Source: Eledone cirrhosa
Taxonomy: Eukaryota
DNA length: 64,000 nucleotides
Assembly (NCBI GenBank): GCA_964016885.1
Contig: OZ024740.1
Location: 183,334,001 to 183,398,000 of the forward strand
Direction: 5' to 3'
The notes beneath the pieces were generated by a model. It saw nothing but the letters and a program-made list of their open reading frames with translations. It was not told where the DNA came from and did not search any database. A program made the position numbers and the translations under genes. Below, in pieces: positions 1-11,961 of this stretch; the stretch's first letter is position 1, and every line of letters starts with the position of its first letter.

Positions 1-1398
1 TCTTTCTCTCATGTTCTCAGCTACAGGCTAGCTACCTCTCATCTAGCACACTACAAAAGCAGTTGAGTCTGTGGGTGTGCACCAGGAAATTTCCTCTACA
101 AGATGTATGAGTGATCAAAGTGCATTTTATTTTTTATTGAAGAACAGCTGTTGCCCATGCATGTACATTTCTCTTCTCCAAAACACTGATGTTGTCCAAA
201 AGAACGTTAAGGGCTGATACACGTTGGCTTCAGTGTTGTTGCAGACATTACCATTAAAATGTAAAGAGCTGGTACTGATATTGCAATGCATCTTCTCCAA
301 CGTTCTAATAATTTTACTAATGTACTTTAGGCAGGTACTTTATCCACCCTAAATGATTAAAAGCGAAGTTGAACTCAGCAGGATTAGAATCTAGAATGAT
401 GGAATAAATTCTGTAAAATATTCTATCAAACACGCTAATGACTCTGCCAATTTTCCACCTATATGATGACGGAAATGATAATATTAATGTAATTCTGAAA
501 ACAAAATGTGATCATAACTTTATTTCAGTTCTTTTCTTTCTATTCATGTTATTATGTTAGGGAACATAATAGATAAATAATAATTTCTTTTCTCATAAAT
601 TCTAATTAGTTTTCTATCTTAATGCTCGCAATATCACTTCCCTCTGGATTTGTATTGAAAAATACATTTGATTATTATTATTTTTTTTTACATGTTGAAG
701 AAATAATCAAATAAATAAATGAATAAATAAAAACAATAATTTGAAAACATCTCTCTGGAATGAACTAAAGTAAAGCAATATGAAGTATTGTCTTGTAATT
801 TCAAATTCTTGATCATTAAATGATAATTTTTTTTTAAAGTTATTGTTTTACATTTTAACATTTCTGTTTTCTTGTCATCTTGTATTTTAATATTTCCTTT
901 CTTTTCTTTTTTCTTTTGATTGATCACTGATAATAGTTTCCCTTGTATTTCTTAAAAAAGAAAAGTCTATTAAAGGAGAGGGTGGTATATAGAATAACCC
1001 AACCCACAGCAAAATGAGAAAAAGAGTTTGGTAGAATAAACAAATAATGATTTCTGTAGTAATAAGCCCCAAATTTTGAGGGAGTAAAAATCAATTAACA
1101 ACTTCTGAATTCTGTAGTAAAAGGCCAGATATATTGTAAGTGGGGAGTCACGTGGAGGTGTGTTGATTTAATCAAGAAATAAAGACACGTAACTAATTAT
1201 ACCATAAAAGCATTTTGTCAAGCGATTCTCACAATTTCTTTATTTCATTTCTGGCTCTTGGGATGAATGAATAATGACAAAGATTCATTGTTTTTTATAA
1301 GTACGTTTTCATTTTTCATTTATTTTCAATTCAGACAGGAAATATAAAGATTTTACAGGGGATTAGGAATAGAAATAAATGAAAAGCATATACGCGCA

Positions 1399-1716
1399 TC
1401 ACACCGCCCCTTTAAATGTAAAGTTATGTTGGTGCCACAACATCCAGGTCGAAACAAATGAGATCGTGTAGGTGTCATGACAAAAAAACACACAGTCCAC
1501 GCTGTAATGTGGCCGTGTAGGCAACACGGTAAAAACCTCCCAGCCCCACACTGTAAATGTGGTTGGTGTTAGGAAGGGCATCCAGCTGTAGAAAACCCGC
1601 CAGACAGTCCTATGCGAGCAAGACAATCACTCTTGCCTCAAGTGGGAAAACCCCCGTCCAAACCCATGCAAGCGTGGAACACGGACGTAAAACGTTGATG
1701 ATGATGATGATGATGA
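1399..1716 (+). mobile_element. RTE LINE 3' UTR fragment with (GAT)n tail
   Basis: Matches the 3' ends at 31300-31664, 54597-54960 (-) and 62155-62540 (-); ends AACCCATGCAAGCGTGGAA...(GAT)n. Confidence 0.85.
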
Positions 1717-1849
1717 TATATATATATAGATTAATAGATTGACATAGCTGAAATTTCTCGAAATCTAATGCACCTGATGATTTGAATGTGTACCTTTAAT
1801 TTGAAGAAACTTAACTCGTTTGATACCAACCCAACTCTGTAGCTTAGCC

Positions 1850-2786
1850 AGAGTGAGAATGGGATGGAGAAATATAGGGAGCTACTATTGCTGCTGGCTA
1901 CAAAGGGTTTTCTCCTCAAAATGAAAGGCAAATTGTATGATCTGTGTGTACTAACAACAAGGCTGCATGGAAGTGAGACCTTGGCATTGTGTGCAGTGGA
2001 CCTTCAAAGATTTGAAAGAAATGAAGCTTGCATGCTTCAGTGGATGTGTAATAGTAATCTTGGCAAAGCATCAATAAACTGTGAGGGAAACTGAGCATAA
2101 GGGTCAGATGCATGGTGCAGAAGAGGAGAGGAGATGGTGGTGCTATGGACATGTGATGTGCATGGAGGATTACAGCTACATGAAAAAGAGCAGGGTACTC
2201 AAAGTTGGGAGAAGCTATGGAAGAGGTAGACCTGTGAAAGCTTGGGATGAAGTGATAAATGAGGAGATGACACAGGATTGAGATCTCTGGTGCTATGCTG
2301 TACTGTACTTCTCATGTGCACAGGATGAAATGCACACATTCACCTCACCTGACTTGCCACATAATGTGACAACCCGTTTAACACATGCATGCAGAGCTGG
2401 ATTTAATGGGGAGCAAAGGAGGCAAAGGGGAAAAAGGGGGCAATTGAGCAGGGCCCCCTGCAGTGGGGGACCCCACCAGCAATGTCCGTGGCAATTTATT
2501 TGTGCCCTCAGCTGGGCTTTTTAGTTTTAGGATGGTTAGAATTTTTTAATCTAATACCTGTATGTATAATTATTCAATTCCAATTACTTGCGCCAAGCTA
2601 ACTTTGATATATAAAATTGGGGATGGTGGTTGTTGGATATTCTAATTTTTGTGTATGAGGGGCCCCCTCGGACCTCAAATGCCCCCCCACCCCACCCCCC
2701 ACCCCCCACCACCACCCCCGGTATAATTCCAACCTGCATGCAAGTGTGGAAAATGAACATTAAACGATGATGATGATGATGATGAT
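1850..2786 (+). mobile_element. Degenerate RTE LINE 3' fragment (ORF C-terminus and (GAT)n tail), interrupted by a MITE
   Basis: ORFs 1864..2094 (KGFLLKMKGKLYDLCV..LHGSETLAL) and 2081..2281 (WYGHV..GRGRP..W) parallel the RTE ORF at 54980..55510. Confidence 0.8.
2392..2736. mobile_element. hAT-like MITE inserted in the RTE tail
   Basis: Imperfect TIRs CAGAGCTGGATTTA / TAATTCCAACCTG; flanks CATGCATG (2384-2391) and CATGCAAG (2737-2744) match 7/8, consistent with an 8-bp TSD; removing it restores the RTE tail AACACATGCAAGTGTGGAA. Confidence 0.7.
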
Positions 2787-3299
2787 AATATACGAACTAT
2801 ATGGAAGTAATTTAAATAGGAATTTGTGGCAATTTTTTTTATGTTCTCTAGTTTTGGAGAAATAATCCATGCTAGTCCCTTTTTGCAATTAAAGCTGGAA
2901 AATTGCAGAGTGGAAGTAATAATTTGTCATATAATGGCATTTCTAGTGTTTTGTTGAAATGACAATAATTTATGGAAATAAACGAAGAATGTTTATTTGC
3001 TCCTCTCGTTTTTCCTTTTTATTTTCAATATTCTTTTTTATTTTTATGTTGGTAGAGAAATTTAGTGAATGCTGTATTCTTGAAATTCTCCTTGTTACAT
3101 TATTACATTTTAAAGAGGACTTGAATAGGTCAAATTACAACTACACAATTTCAATATAAATCACCTTTACTTGTGAAAAATAACAAGAATACCTCACCAA
3201 AAACAGAAGCAAAAAAAATGCATGTCATTATTTTGTTTTAAGTTTCTTTCTCTCACTTTCTCGTGTATGCATGTATTTATAGTTGTATGTATGTATGCA

Positions 3300-4165
<866 letters not shown>

Positions 4166-4392
4166 CGGGGTAACAAATAATAGTTATATGCAGTCCACTT
4201 AGGTGTAGTCCAATTATGGTATACCGGGTAGTGGATGATATCAACGCTTGGCTAAGTTTGACTCAACAAGGCGTTTTCATAGTGATGCTGCGAGTACGCT
4301 GTAATTCTTATGTTGTAAACACTTGGAGTAATAATAAATCAGGAAAGAAGATTGACACGGTTTGCTATACAAAAAAGGTTTTTAATCTCATT

Positions 4393-4498
4393 GCTGACAA
4401 TTGTTTCTCTGAACTGGTAGGTCTAGAGATCGCTATTCCCTTGTTTTCGCGTTACTCGATCGCCAATACAAAATTATAACCAGTCAGTTCATCGGAGC
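4393..4498 (-). ncRNA. Type I hammerhead-like motif (CCGAUGA core variant, long stem II)
   Basis: Reverse complement reads GCU-CCGAUGA-ACUGACUGGU...ACCAGUUCAGA-GAAAC-AAUU-GUC-AGC; stem I GCU/AGC, palindromic stem III ACAAUUGU. Confidence 0.6.
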
Positions 4499-5488
4499 TT
4501 GCGAGAATGAAGAGAATATACAGGCATGAAAGGAATATACAGGCTACTATATGAGGTAGTAATGGCATTCATTTAGAACAATAACAACAATATCAACAAT
4601 GCTAGCAATAAAATATTTGAGATAATCACAACATCATTTTAGGTGGGGAGTATAGTATATCTAAGATTTTAGCGTGTAAAACAAGCTGACATGAAGCAGA
4701 TGTATAAAATTGACATGTAAAGACTGTCGTAGGGTGTATATCAAGTGTAAAGATAAGCCGGTGTTTATAAACAATGTAGGTCAGGTGGCCGTAATATTCA
4801 GTTTTTATCTGACCGATGAAGCATTTATCACTGTAGTAGAAGTTGTGTGGTCTATATTAGATGAGAGTTCAGACTGTCTTTTCCATCCTCAATAACATAC
4901 ATGTAAAGGACAACACTATCAAAGCTAAATAATGGGCAAGTTAATACAGAGGTTAAGGATGTAATGTGTATACATATATATATATATACACACGCACGTG
5001 CACACAAACATATACATACACATCCATACACACTCATACCAATACATACAAAGAGAAAACATGCTGACAAGAGGAAGGTAAACATGCTGGCAAGAGGAAG
5101 GTAAAGTTCCATTGTAATAGTATTTTGAAATGTTCTTGGATTTAGGATCATGTGTTGACAGCAGCTGAGAAGAAATAAGTTTATGGGTTGATGAGGTACT
5201 TACAGACATTTGTGTGGTATAGAATTAAGAAGGCTAGAATGTACTTAATGAGTATATTTCTGTGGTGATTCATGCAGAGTAGTGGGTATCTTAGTTGAAA
5301 GCTATGTTATGTCGGTTCGATTCATGGAGGTTTGAATCTTATGAATTTAGTGCCAATTCTATGTCTGCAGAAGATAGATCTTTTTAACTTGTTGTTAAGT
5401 AGCCTTTTTACATTTTTAAGGATATACATTTAAATCCTGCAAAAACCCGCCAAACAACCCCACACTCGATGCCTTCGAGCTGGACCTT

Positions 5489-6652
5489 ATGAATATGATA
5501 AGTGAAACTAAATTCAAAAAAAGAACACATCACAACAAATTGCAAAAAGACATAAATACACTACTAAAAAAACTAAAAGACACTAACGGTATCATAGTAA
5601 AAGCAGACAAAACATCAAACGTATACTCTATGGACCTTAACACATACAATAATTTTATCCAGCGTGAACTACACAAAAAATACAAAAAAACAAATGAATC
5701 TACACTCACCAGCATTAACGTGGAGGGCCTCAGGATAGTAAATAAACTCGGAATTCCCGATAGGACCGAGCCTCTAACCCCGTGCAACCCAACATTTAAC
5801 CTGAAAGATCACAAAAATAATTTTGAAACAAACCCTACCATTAGATTAATATGCCCATCCCAGTCAGACATAGGCAAAATTAGCAAGAACATTCTAGATA
5901 GGGTAATCGCACAAATAAAGGGTAAACAAGAAATCATTTTATGGGGTAATACTAACGAGGCGATTGAATGGTTCAATAAAATACAAAATAGGGAGACTTG
6001 TAACTTCATACAATTTGATATAGACGACAACTATGCATCCATATCCCCAGCCACCCTAGATAAAGCGCTTATATTTGCCCAAAATAACTCCGATCTTACC
6101 CATGAGGAAATTGAAATAATAATAACGGCTAGAAGGACTAACATAAAATTTGAAAAAAGCTACTGGGTAAGAAAAGATAGGATAAACAGCTTCGATATAA
6201 CAATGGGATCAAGTGACTCTGCGCAAATCACATACATTGTGGGGCTATTCATAGCACACAACCTACATAAGGAATTCAGTAACCTCCAAGGAGGGATTTA
6301 TAGAGACGACACGCTATATATAGCTAAGAACTTAAACAACCAGAGCATGGAAGGATTAAGAAAAAACATTAGAACATTCTTCAAAAAACTAAGCCTAAGT
6401 ATTACCTACGAACTGAACCATAAGAAGGTAAACTTTCTAGATGTGACTCTAAATCTAAATACGGGATTAATGGAACCTTTCTACAAAAATAATGAAAATC
6501 TGGCCTACATTACTTATAACTCAAACCACCCCATATCCATAATCAGATCCATAGCACGTAGTATATCCCTTCGAATATCCCGCTTATCCTCAAACCTAGA
6601 AATCTTTAACGAACATGCTAACTCTTATAACGCAGCATTACGCACACATTAA
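5489..6652 (+). pseudogene. Penelope-like reverse transcriptase fragment, no endonuclease
   Basis: KADKT, LKDHKNNF..IRLICP, FIQFDI..YASI, FDITMGSSDSAQ, GIYRDD, VNFLDVTL and SNHP motifs; resembles the cnidarian-type (Hydra-like) PLE lineage; ends in TAA before any GIY-YIG domain. Confidence 0.85.
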
Positions 6653-7114
6653 TTCGAACACCATCAACATTCAACACCCACCATAGACTCTAATGCATTA
6701 ACATATTTTGCTTCAACTGCAGTATTTATTCATCTATACATTCATAATAGCTTTGCTTGTCTCCTTCTCATGTATATGACTTATGCAGTCACACTATCCA
6801 CACGCCTGCATATGATTTGTAATCGCACTCTTCCTTTCTCAATACTGCTTCCTGAATGCCTCTTTAATATTTGGACTATTCCCTTGTTTTAACTGTTGCA
6901 TGTATTCCACTCCGTGCTTTTGATTTTGATTTTAATTTTAATTTTGAATTTGAACTTGAATGTTTGTACAATTATTGTACAATTCTCGTAAAATATATGT
7001 CACATCCATTCCACCCTGTAAATACGAAACTGTTGCTCACAACATCAATTTATATGTATCTATATTATTGTTCAGTTGAATAGGAGGGTAATTATATGTG
7101 CAAACAATGATAAT

Positions 7115-7159
7115 GCTTCGATGATTCCAAACGAGAGTTTGGAAGAAACGTTTGTCAGC
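7115..7159 (+). ncRNA. Type I hammerhead-like motif (degenerate UCGAUGA core)
   Basis: GCU-UCGAUGA-UUCCAAAC-GAGA-GUUUGGAA-GAAAC-GUUU-GUC-AGC: perfect 8-bp stem II, GUC cleavage triplet, stem I GCU/AGC. Confidence 0.65.
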
Positions 7160-7424
7160 TATTAAATGATTTGAACACAACTTTGATAATTGTATAATTT
7201 AGTTATATTTATATATATATATTTCGTTTCTGAATTTGTTTAGCAAGATTCTTTATCTGAAATCGTGAGTTGAAACCGATATTGTTATACTTTGGGAGGG
7301 TCATGTTGCCAATAAGAAACACACGCACCAGTTGCTTTCACTTCAATTTATTATAATAAATTTATAAATTTATAAATTTCTGGTTGGTTGGTTGGTTCCA
7401 CAACGAGATAGTTGTTTATATATT

Positions 7425-7467
7425 GTCATAGTTCTTTCGTCACACACTCTGTGACCTCTTCAGTGAC
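7425..7467 (-). ncRNA. Minimal type I hammerhead ribozyme (family A, left arm)
   Basis: Exact reverse complement of 7771-7813. Confidence 0.8.
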
Positions 7468-7770
7468 TGGGGATTATTTTCTTTGTTTTTTTTTTTTGCC
7501 TCTCCTTTGTTCTGTCCTACGCCATTTTGTTTCTGTGTGTGTGTTGTGTGCTCAGTCTGCGCATGCGCCACATCCGGGTGTCTGTGTGTGTTTATGTTCA
7601 TTTATTTATTTGTTTATTTACATGTTACTGGTTAGTTGTTTGTTCTATGTGTGTGTGTGTTTTCATTTTGTCCTTAATTGAGCACACAACACACACACAG
7701 AAACAAAATGGCGTAGGACAGAACAAAGGAGAGGCAAAAAAAAACAAAAAAACAAAGAAAAGAATCCCCA

Positions 7771-7813
7771 GTCACTGAAGAGGTCACAGAGTGTGTGACG
7801 AAAGAACTATGAC
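7771..7813 (+). ncRNA. Minimal type I hammerhead ribozyme (family A, right arm)
   Basis: GUCA-CUGAAGA-G-GUCAC-AGAGUGU-GUGAC-GAAA-GAAC-UA-UGAC: stem I GUCA/UGAC, stem II GUCAC/GUGAC, very short stem III. Confidence 0.8.
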
Positions 7814-7951
7814 AATATATAAACAACTATCTGGTTGTGGAACCAACCAACCAACAAGAAATTTATAAATTTATAAATTTATTATAATAAATTGAAGTGA
7901 AAGCATCTGGTGCGTGTGTTTCTTATTGGCAACATGACCCTCCCAAAGTAT

Positions 7952-7987
<36 letters not shown>

Positions 7988-8101
7988 GTTTGAATATGTA
8001 TAATAAAGCCAAAACAATGCAGGTATGGACATAGAAAAAAGAATGGAATTGCAAAAGATATTGTTGACAATTCGTCTTTTACATTAGATTTACTTAAATG
8101 T

Positions 8102-8136
8102 CCTTAATTTTCGAGATAATATCTCTTCTTCAGAGG
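8102..8136 (-). ncRNA. Minimal hammerhead motif in the inverted pLTR
   Basis: Reverse complement CCU-CUGAAGA-A-GAGAUAUUAUCUC-GAAA-AUUA-AGG; the + copy at 10190-10221 has a mutated core (CUGUAGA) and a shortened loop II. Confidence 0.6.
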
Positions 8137-8206
8137 GAAATAAAGGTCTCAAACCAGCGTTCTAAATATCTTGCCAAGCCATGCTGACAGGAAATAGTAT
8201 AGAGCC

Positions 8207-9817
8207 ACATACAATAACCTAGCCTTTGAACACCTAAGCGACAGTGAATTATACACAGAGATCCCGGACATGACTGCAGCCCAGATCGAAAAACAGACCC
8301 ACTCCATTTGATTCGATATCTGTAGGAGAAGACAACTCCCAAATAAAGTTAAGCTCAACTACACCACTAGAAATAGCAGACTGCCCACTTTCTACCACCT
8401 CATCAAGACCCACAAGAATAGTACTAAGACGCAAATAAGACCCATCGTCTCTAGCATAGAAGGACCCCTATACCACATTTCCTGGCTCCTCTCCCAGGTC
8501 CTCGAGCCTCTACTCTCCACCTTTCCCGGGCATGTCAGTAGCTCCGACGAAGTTATACGTAGACTACATCAACTCCAGCCAGAACAACTTAAGCTAAATA
8601 AATACGCTTTTAGCCTCGACGTTGTCTCCCTCTACACTACAGTCCCCGCTCATCCAGCTGTCGATTTATTGACGGACTGCGTGGTCGCAGAGGACATCCA
8701 CTGCTACGGCCTCCACCTGACGGACATACACCAGCTTTTGTCCTTCACAGTAGACAACACATACTTCACCTTCCACCACCACACATACAGACAGACAACA
8801 GGATTATCCATGGGATCCAGCCTATCGGGCCTGCTGGCCATCACCTACATGAACCAGCTAGAATGCCGAGCCCTCAACACCTGCCATTCCCATGCCTTCT
8901 TCACCCGATATGTAGATGACATACTCATCCTTACATCATCCCGTGAGGAGGCAGATAAAATATACACAACATTCTCCAGCATGGACGCCAGAATAAAGTT
9001 CAGCATGGAACACCCCGATGACCGTGGATCCCTATCCCTACTGGACTTCCAACTCAGGGTAACAGAGGAAGGCAACATCCACACCTGCTTCTATATAAAA
9101 GCCGCCAGCAGGGACCTGTTGGTACATTTCAGATCGGCCCTCCCACTCGGTGCCAAGTTCGGATACATAAGGAACGAACTGGCACGTATCCGGAACAAAT
9201 GCACCGACGCTAGAGACCGAGACACACACACCACACATTTCCTGGAAGTACTCAAACTGAACGGATACACGACATCCACCACAAACCGTGCCAGAAAGAA
9301 CAGAGGACACCACACCCGAGGCACTAACACTTGCTTCCTGAACCTCCCACACTTCAGTGAAGAAACAACAACAGCCATCCGCAGAGCCATCAGACGAGAG
9401 GGACTAGATATCCAACTGGCCCACTCAGGTCCTTCTCTACGCAGACAGCTAACCAAAAGACACTCCACCAGACATGACAACTGCTGGAGACTAGCCAACT
9501 GCCCCATCAACGACACAGACCTATGCCACCAGGCTTACGTCGTATAAAGACTAGAGTGTGACAAATGCAACAACTTCTACGTAGGTAGCACCACCAGACC
9601 ACTCCACATAAGAATAAAAGAACACCCCAATACTAACGCTTCCTCATTTAAGAAACACCTAGTTAAATGCAAAAACACCGACAAAACCATAACAGTTAGG
9701 ATAGAAACTAAGGAAAGAAACCTCGGCAATCTTAGAATTAAGGAAGCACTAATTATAGATAAAACACAACCACCAATCAATAATAGACTAGAACTCAACA
9801 CCCATTTTATAACCTGA
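8207..9817 (+). pseudogene. PLE RT plus GIY-YIG endonuclease, single frame with two premature stops
   Basis: PTFYHLIKTHK..IRPIVSS, FSLDVVSLYT, QTTGLSMGSSLS, RYVDDIL, LLDF; past TAA 9545-9547 the frame continues RLECDKCNNFYVGSTTRPLHIRIKEH...IKEALII..PPIN to TGA 9815-9817; a second stop is at 8309-8311. Confidence 0.9.
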
Positions 9818-10402
9818 TAGGGCTTCTAGCCCCATATTTACACCCCCCACACACACACGCTTACACCTCCACTTATTCTCTCTCACACATACACACACAA
9901 AACCAGTTCTAACACCAGATAACACCTATCCCCCACATTTACGAATAGACTTATCTTCTCACACACACACACACTCACATACTTACACCTTCTTGCATTC
10001 TCCCACACACTTAAACAGGCATGTATATATTAAAAAAATAACCTAAACAAACCCCTTTTAAAGGGAGACTACTCTTTATCCACCTAATTTTAACTCTTTG
10101 ACATTAGAGATAGCACAGATACTCTATACTATTTCCTGTCAGCATCGCTTGGCAAGATATTTAGAACGCTGGTTTGAGACCTTTATTTCCCTCTGTAGAA
10201 GAGATATCTCGAAAATTAAGGACATTTAAGTAAATCTAAGGTAAAAGACGAATTGTCAACAATATCTTTTGCAATTGCATTCTTTTTTATATGTCCATAC
10301 CTGCATTGTTTTGGCTTTATTATACATATTCAAACGTTTATACCTCATTACACAATGCTTCAAGTGAACTATAACCTCCTCCTATATATATATATATATA
10401 TT

Positions 10403-10808
10403 TATTAATAAAAGGAATTCCAACTTTGTCTGATTTACTTGTTTTATTTGCAATCCTTTGAAATTATAATGATATTATAATGAAATAGTATGGTAGAATA
10501 TTAAATGTTAAGTGTTAATTGAAAAAGTACTTTCATGCTTTCGAAATCTACAGGTTCATATTCTGTGGTGACAGTCAAGTTTGGCATTTTCACGGTTGAA
10601 AATTGCAAACTTGACTGTCACCACAGAATATGACCCTGAAGATTGCGGAATCATGAAAGTACTTGTTGAATTAACACTTAACATTTAATATTCTACCCTA
10701 CTATTTCATTATAATATCATTATCATTTTAAAGGATTGGAAATAAAACGATTAAATCAGACAAAGTTAGAATTCCTTTTATTAATATAATCTTCTATACA
10801 CAACACCA

Positions 10809-10811
<3 letters not shown>
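10403..10811. mobile_element. Non-coding fold-back HHR element, family B (older, arms diverged)
   Basis: Palindrome 10403-10786 centred near 10592; arms 10520-10558 (-) and 10631-10669 (+) give consensus UGAAC-CUGAAGA-UUGCGAAAGCAU-GAAA-GUAC-UU-GUUCA; flanked by (TA)n. Confidence 0.75.
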
Positions 10812-10880
<69 letters not shown>

Positions 10881-10885
<5 letters not shown>

Positions 10886-11926
10886 AAGAATTAGTATATC
10901 TACCATCATATATATACAGATGCATACCTATGCTAGCTAATATATAGGTTTTGTCTTAGTAACTTTGTGGTTCAATGCAAGGGGATGCAGAACAATTATA
11001 TGAAAGACGTAAAATAAGAAAATTATAAAAAATAACTTACTAAAATTTCACTACAAATAATTAGTTTCTGAAAGGGAATAAACATGGTTTCCGAATGGAA
11101 CACATGGAGAAGGCCTTTCGTCATCAGGAAGTCTATTCTCAGCTAAGTTCCCAGGCAATGCGTGGACACAGGGAACTTATACAAAAATAATTCAGTGGAT
11201 AGAAAAAAGCAAGCGTAGACTAAATTCCAAGACATAGAAAAAATCACTGCCTACTTGGTCGGTGGCAAATTCAAAAGAATCAATCACGTGACATCGAGGT
11301 TAATCATTCGGAAACCACATTTATTTCCTTTCAAAAACTAATTAGTTGCAGTGAAATGTTAGTAAGTAAGTTAATTTTTATAATTTTCTTATTTTACGTC
11401 TTTCATATAATTGTTCTGCATCCCCTTGCATTGAACCACAAATTTACTACGACAAAACCTATATATTTGCTAGCATAGGTATGCATATGTATATATATGT
11501 TGGTAGATATACTAATTCTTTATAATTATCTCCAAATTATTTTGTTGAGCAAAAATTTGCCAAATCTGCTACTATAGTTCATAGTAATAGTTCGGCTACT
11601 GTCTTCTTTACACCCCACTCCTCACTGATTAACCTCGATGTCACGTGATTGATTCTTTTGAATTCGCCACCGACCAAGTAGGCAGTGATTTTTTTCAATG
11701 TCTTGGAATTTAGTCCACGCTTGCTTTTTTCCATCCACTGAATTATTTTTGTATAAGTTCCCTGTGTCCACGCATTGCCTGGGAACTTAGCTGAGAATAG
11801 ACTTCCTGATGACGAAAGGCCTTCTCCATGTGTTCCATTCGGAAACCATGTTATTCCCTTTCAGAAACTAATTAGTTGGAGTGAAATTTTAGTAAGTTAA
11901 TTTTTATAATTTTCTTACTTTACGTC

Positions 11927-11930
<4 letters not shown>
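10881..11930. mobile_element. Non-coding fold-back element, family C (unit about 531 bp, circularly permuted arms)
   Basis: Minus arm 10881-11306; plus arm 11307-11930 starts TTCGGAAACC and repeats it at 11838; CUGAUGA-CGAA..UUCG-GAAAC core at 11806-11853, stem I not evident; (TA)n flanks. Confidence 0.75.

Positions 11931-11958
<28 letters not shown>

Positions 11959-11961
<3 letters not shown>

Larger units (their letters stand above)
4165..7210. mobile_element. Composite PLE insertion: minus-sense HHR-bearing arm joined to a plus-sense RT fragment and HHR-bearing 3' region, between (TA)n tracts
   Basis: HHR-like motif on - at 4393-4498, PLE RT at 5489-6652, related HHR-like motif on + at 7115-7159; (TA)n at 4111-4158 and 7210-7222. 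Confidence 0.65.
7222..7958. mobile_element. Non-coding fold-back HHR element, family A
   Basis: Inverted arms about 7279-7555 and 7680-7958 with an asymmetric spacer; (TA)n on both sides; diverged relative at 60262-60810. Confidence 0.85.
7981..10382 (+). mobile_element. 5'-truncated Penelope-like element with inverted pLTR copy
   Basis: 7981-8204 is the near-perfect reverse complement of 10122-10342; RT-EN reading frame lies between; (TA)n on both sides. Confidence 0.9.

Noticed and set aside
5057-5105. 23-bp direct repeat
   Set aside because: Only two copies; simple slippage duplication
8309-8311. In-frame TGA as possible selenocysteine, as in some Naiad PLEs
   Set aside because: Context HSI*FDIC fits a TGG-to-TGA mutation; the endonuclease is C-terminal, a TAA stop is also present, and no SECIS was recognised
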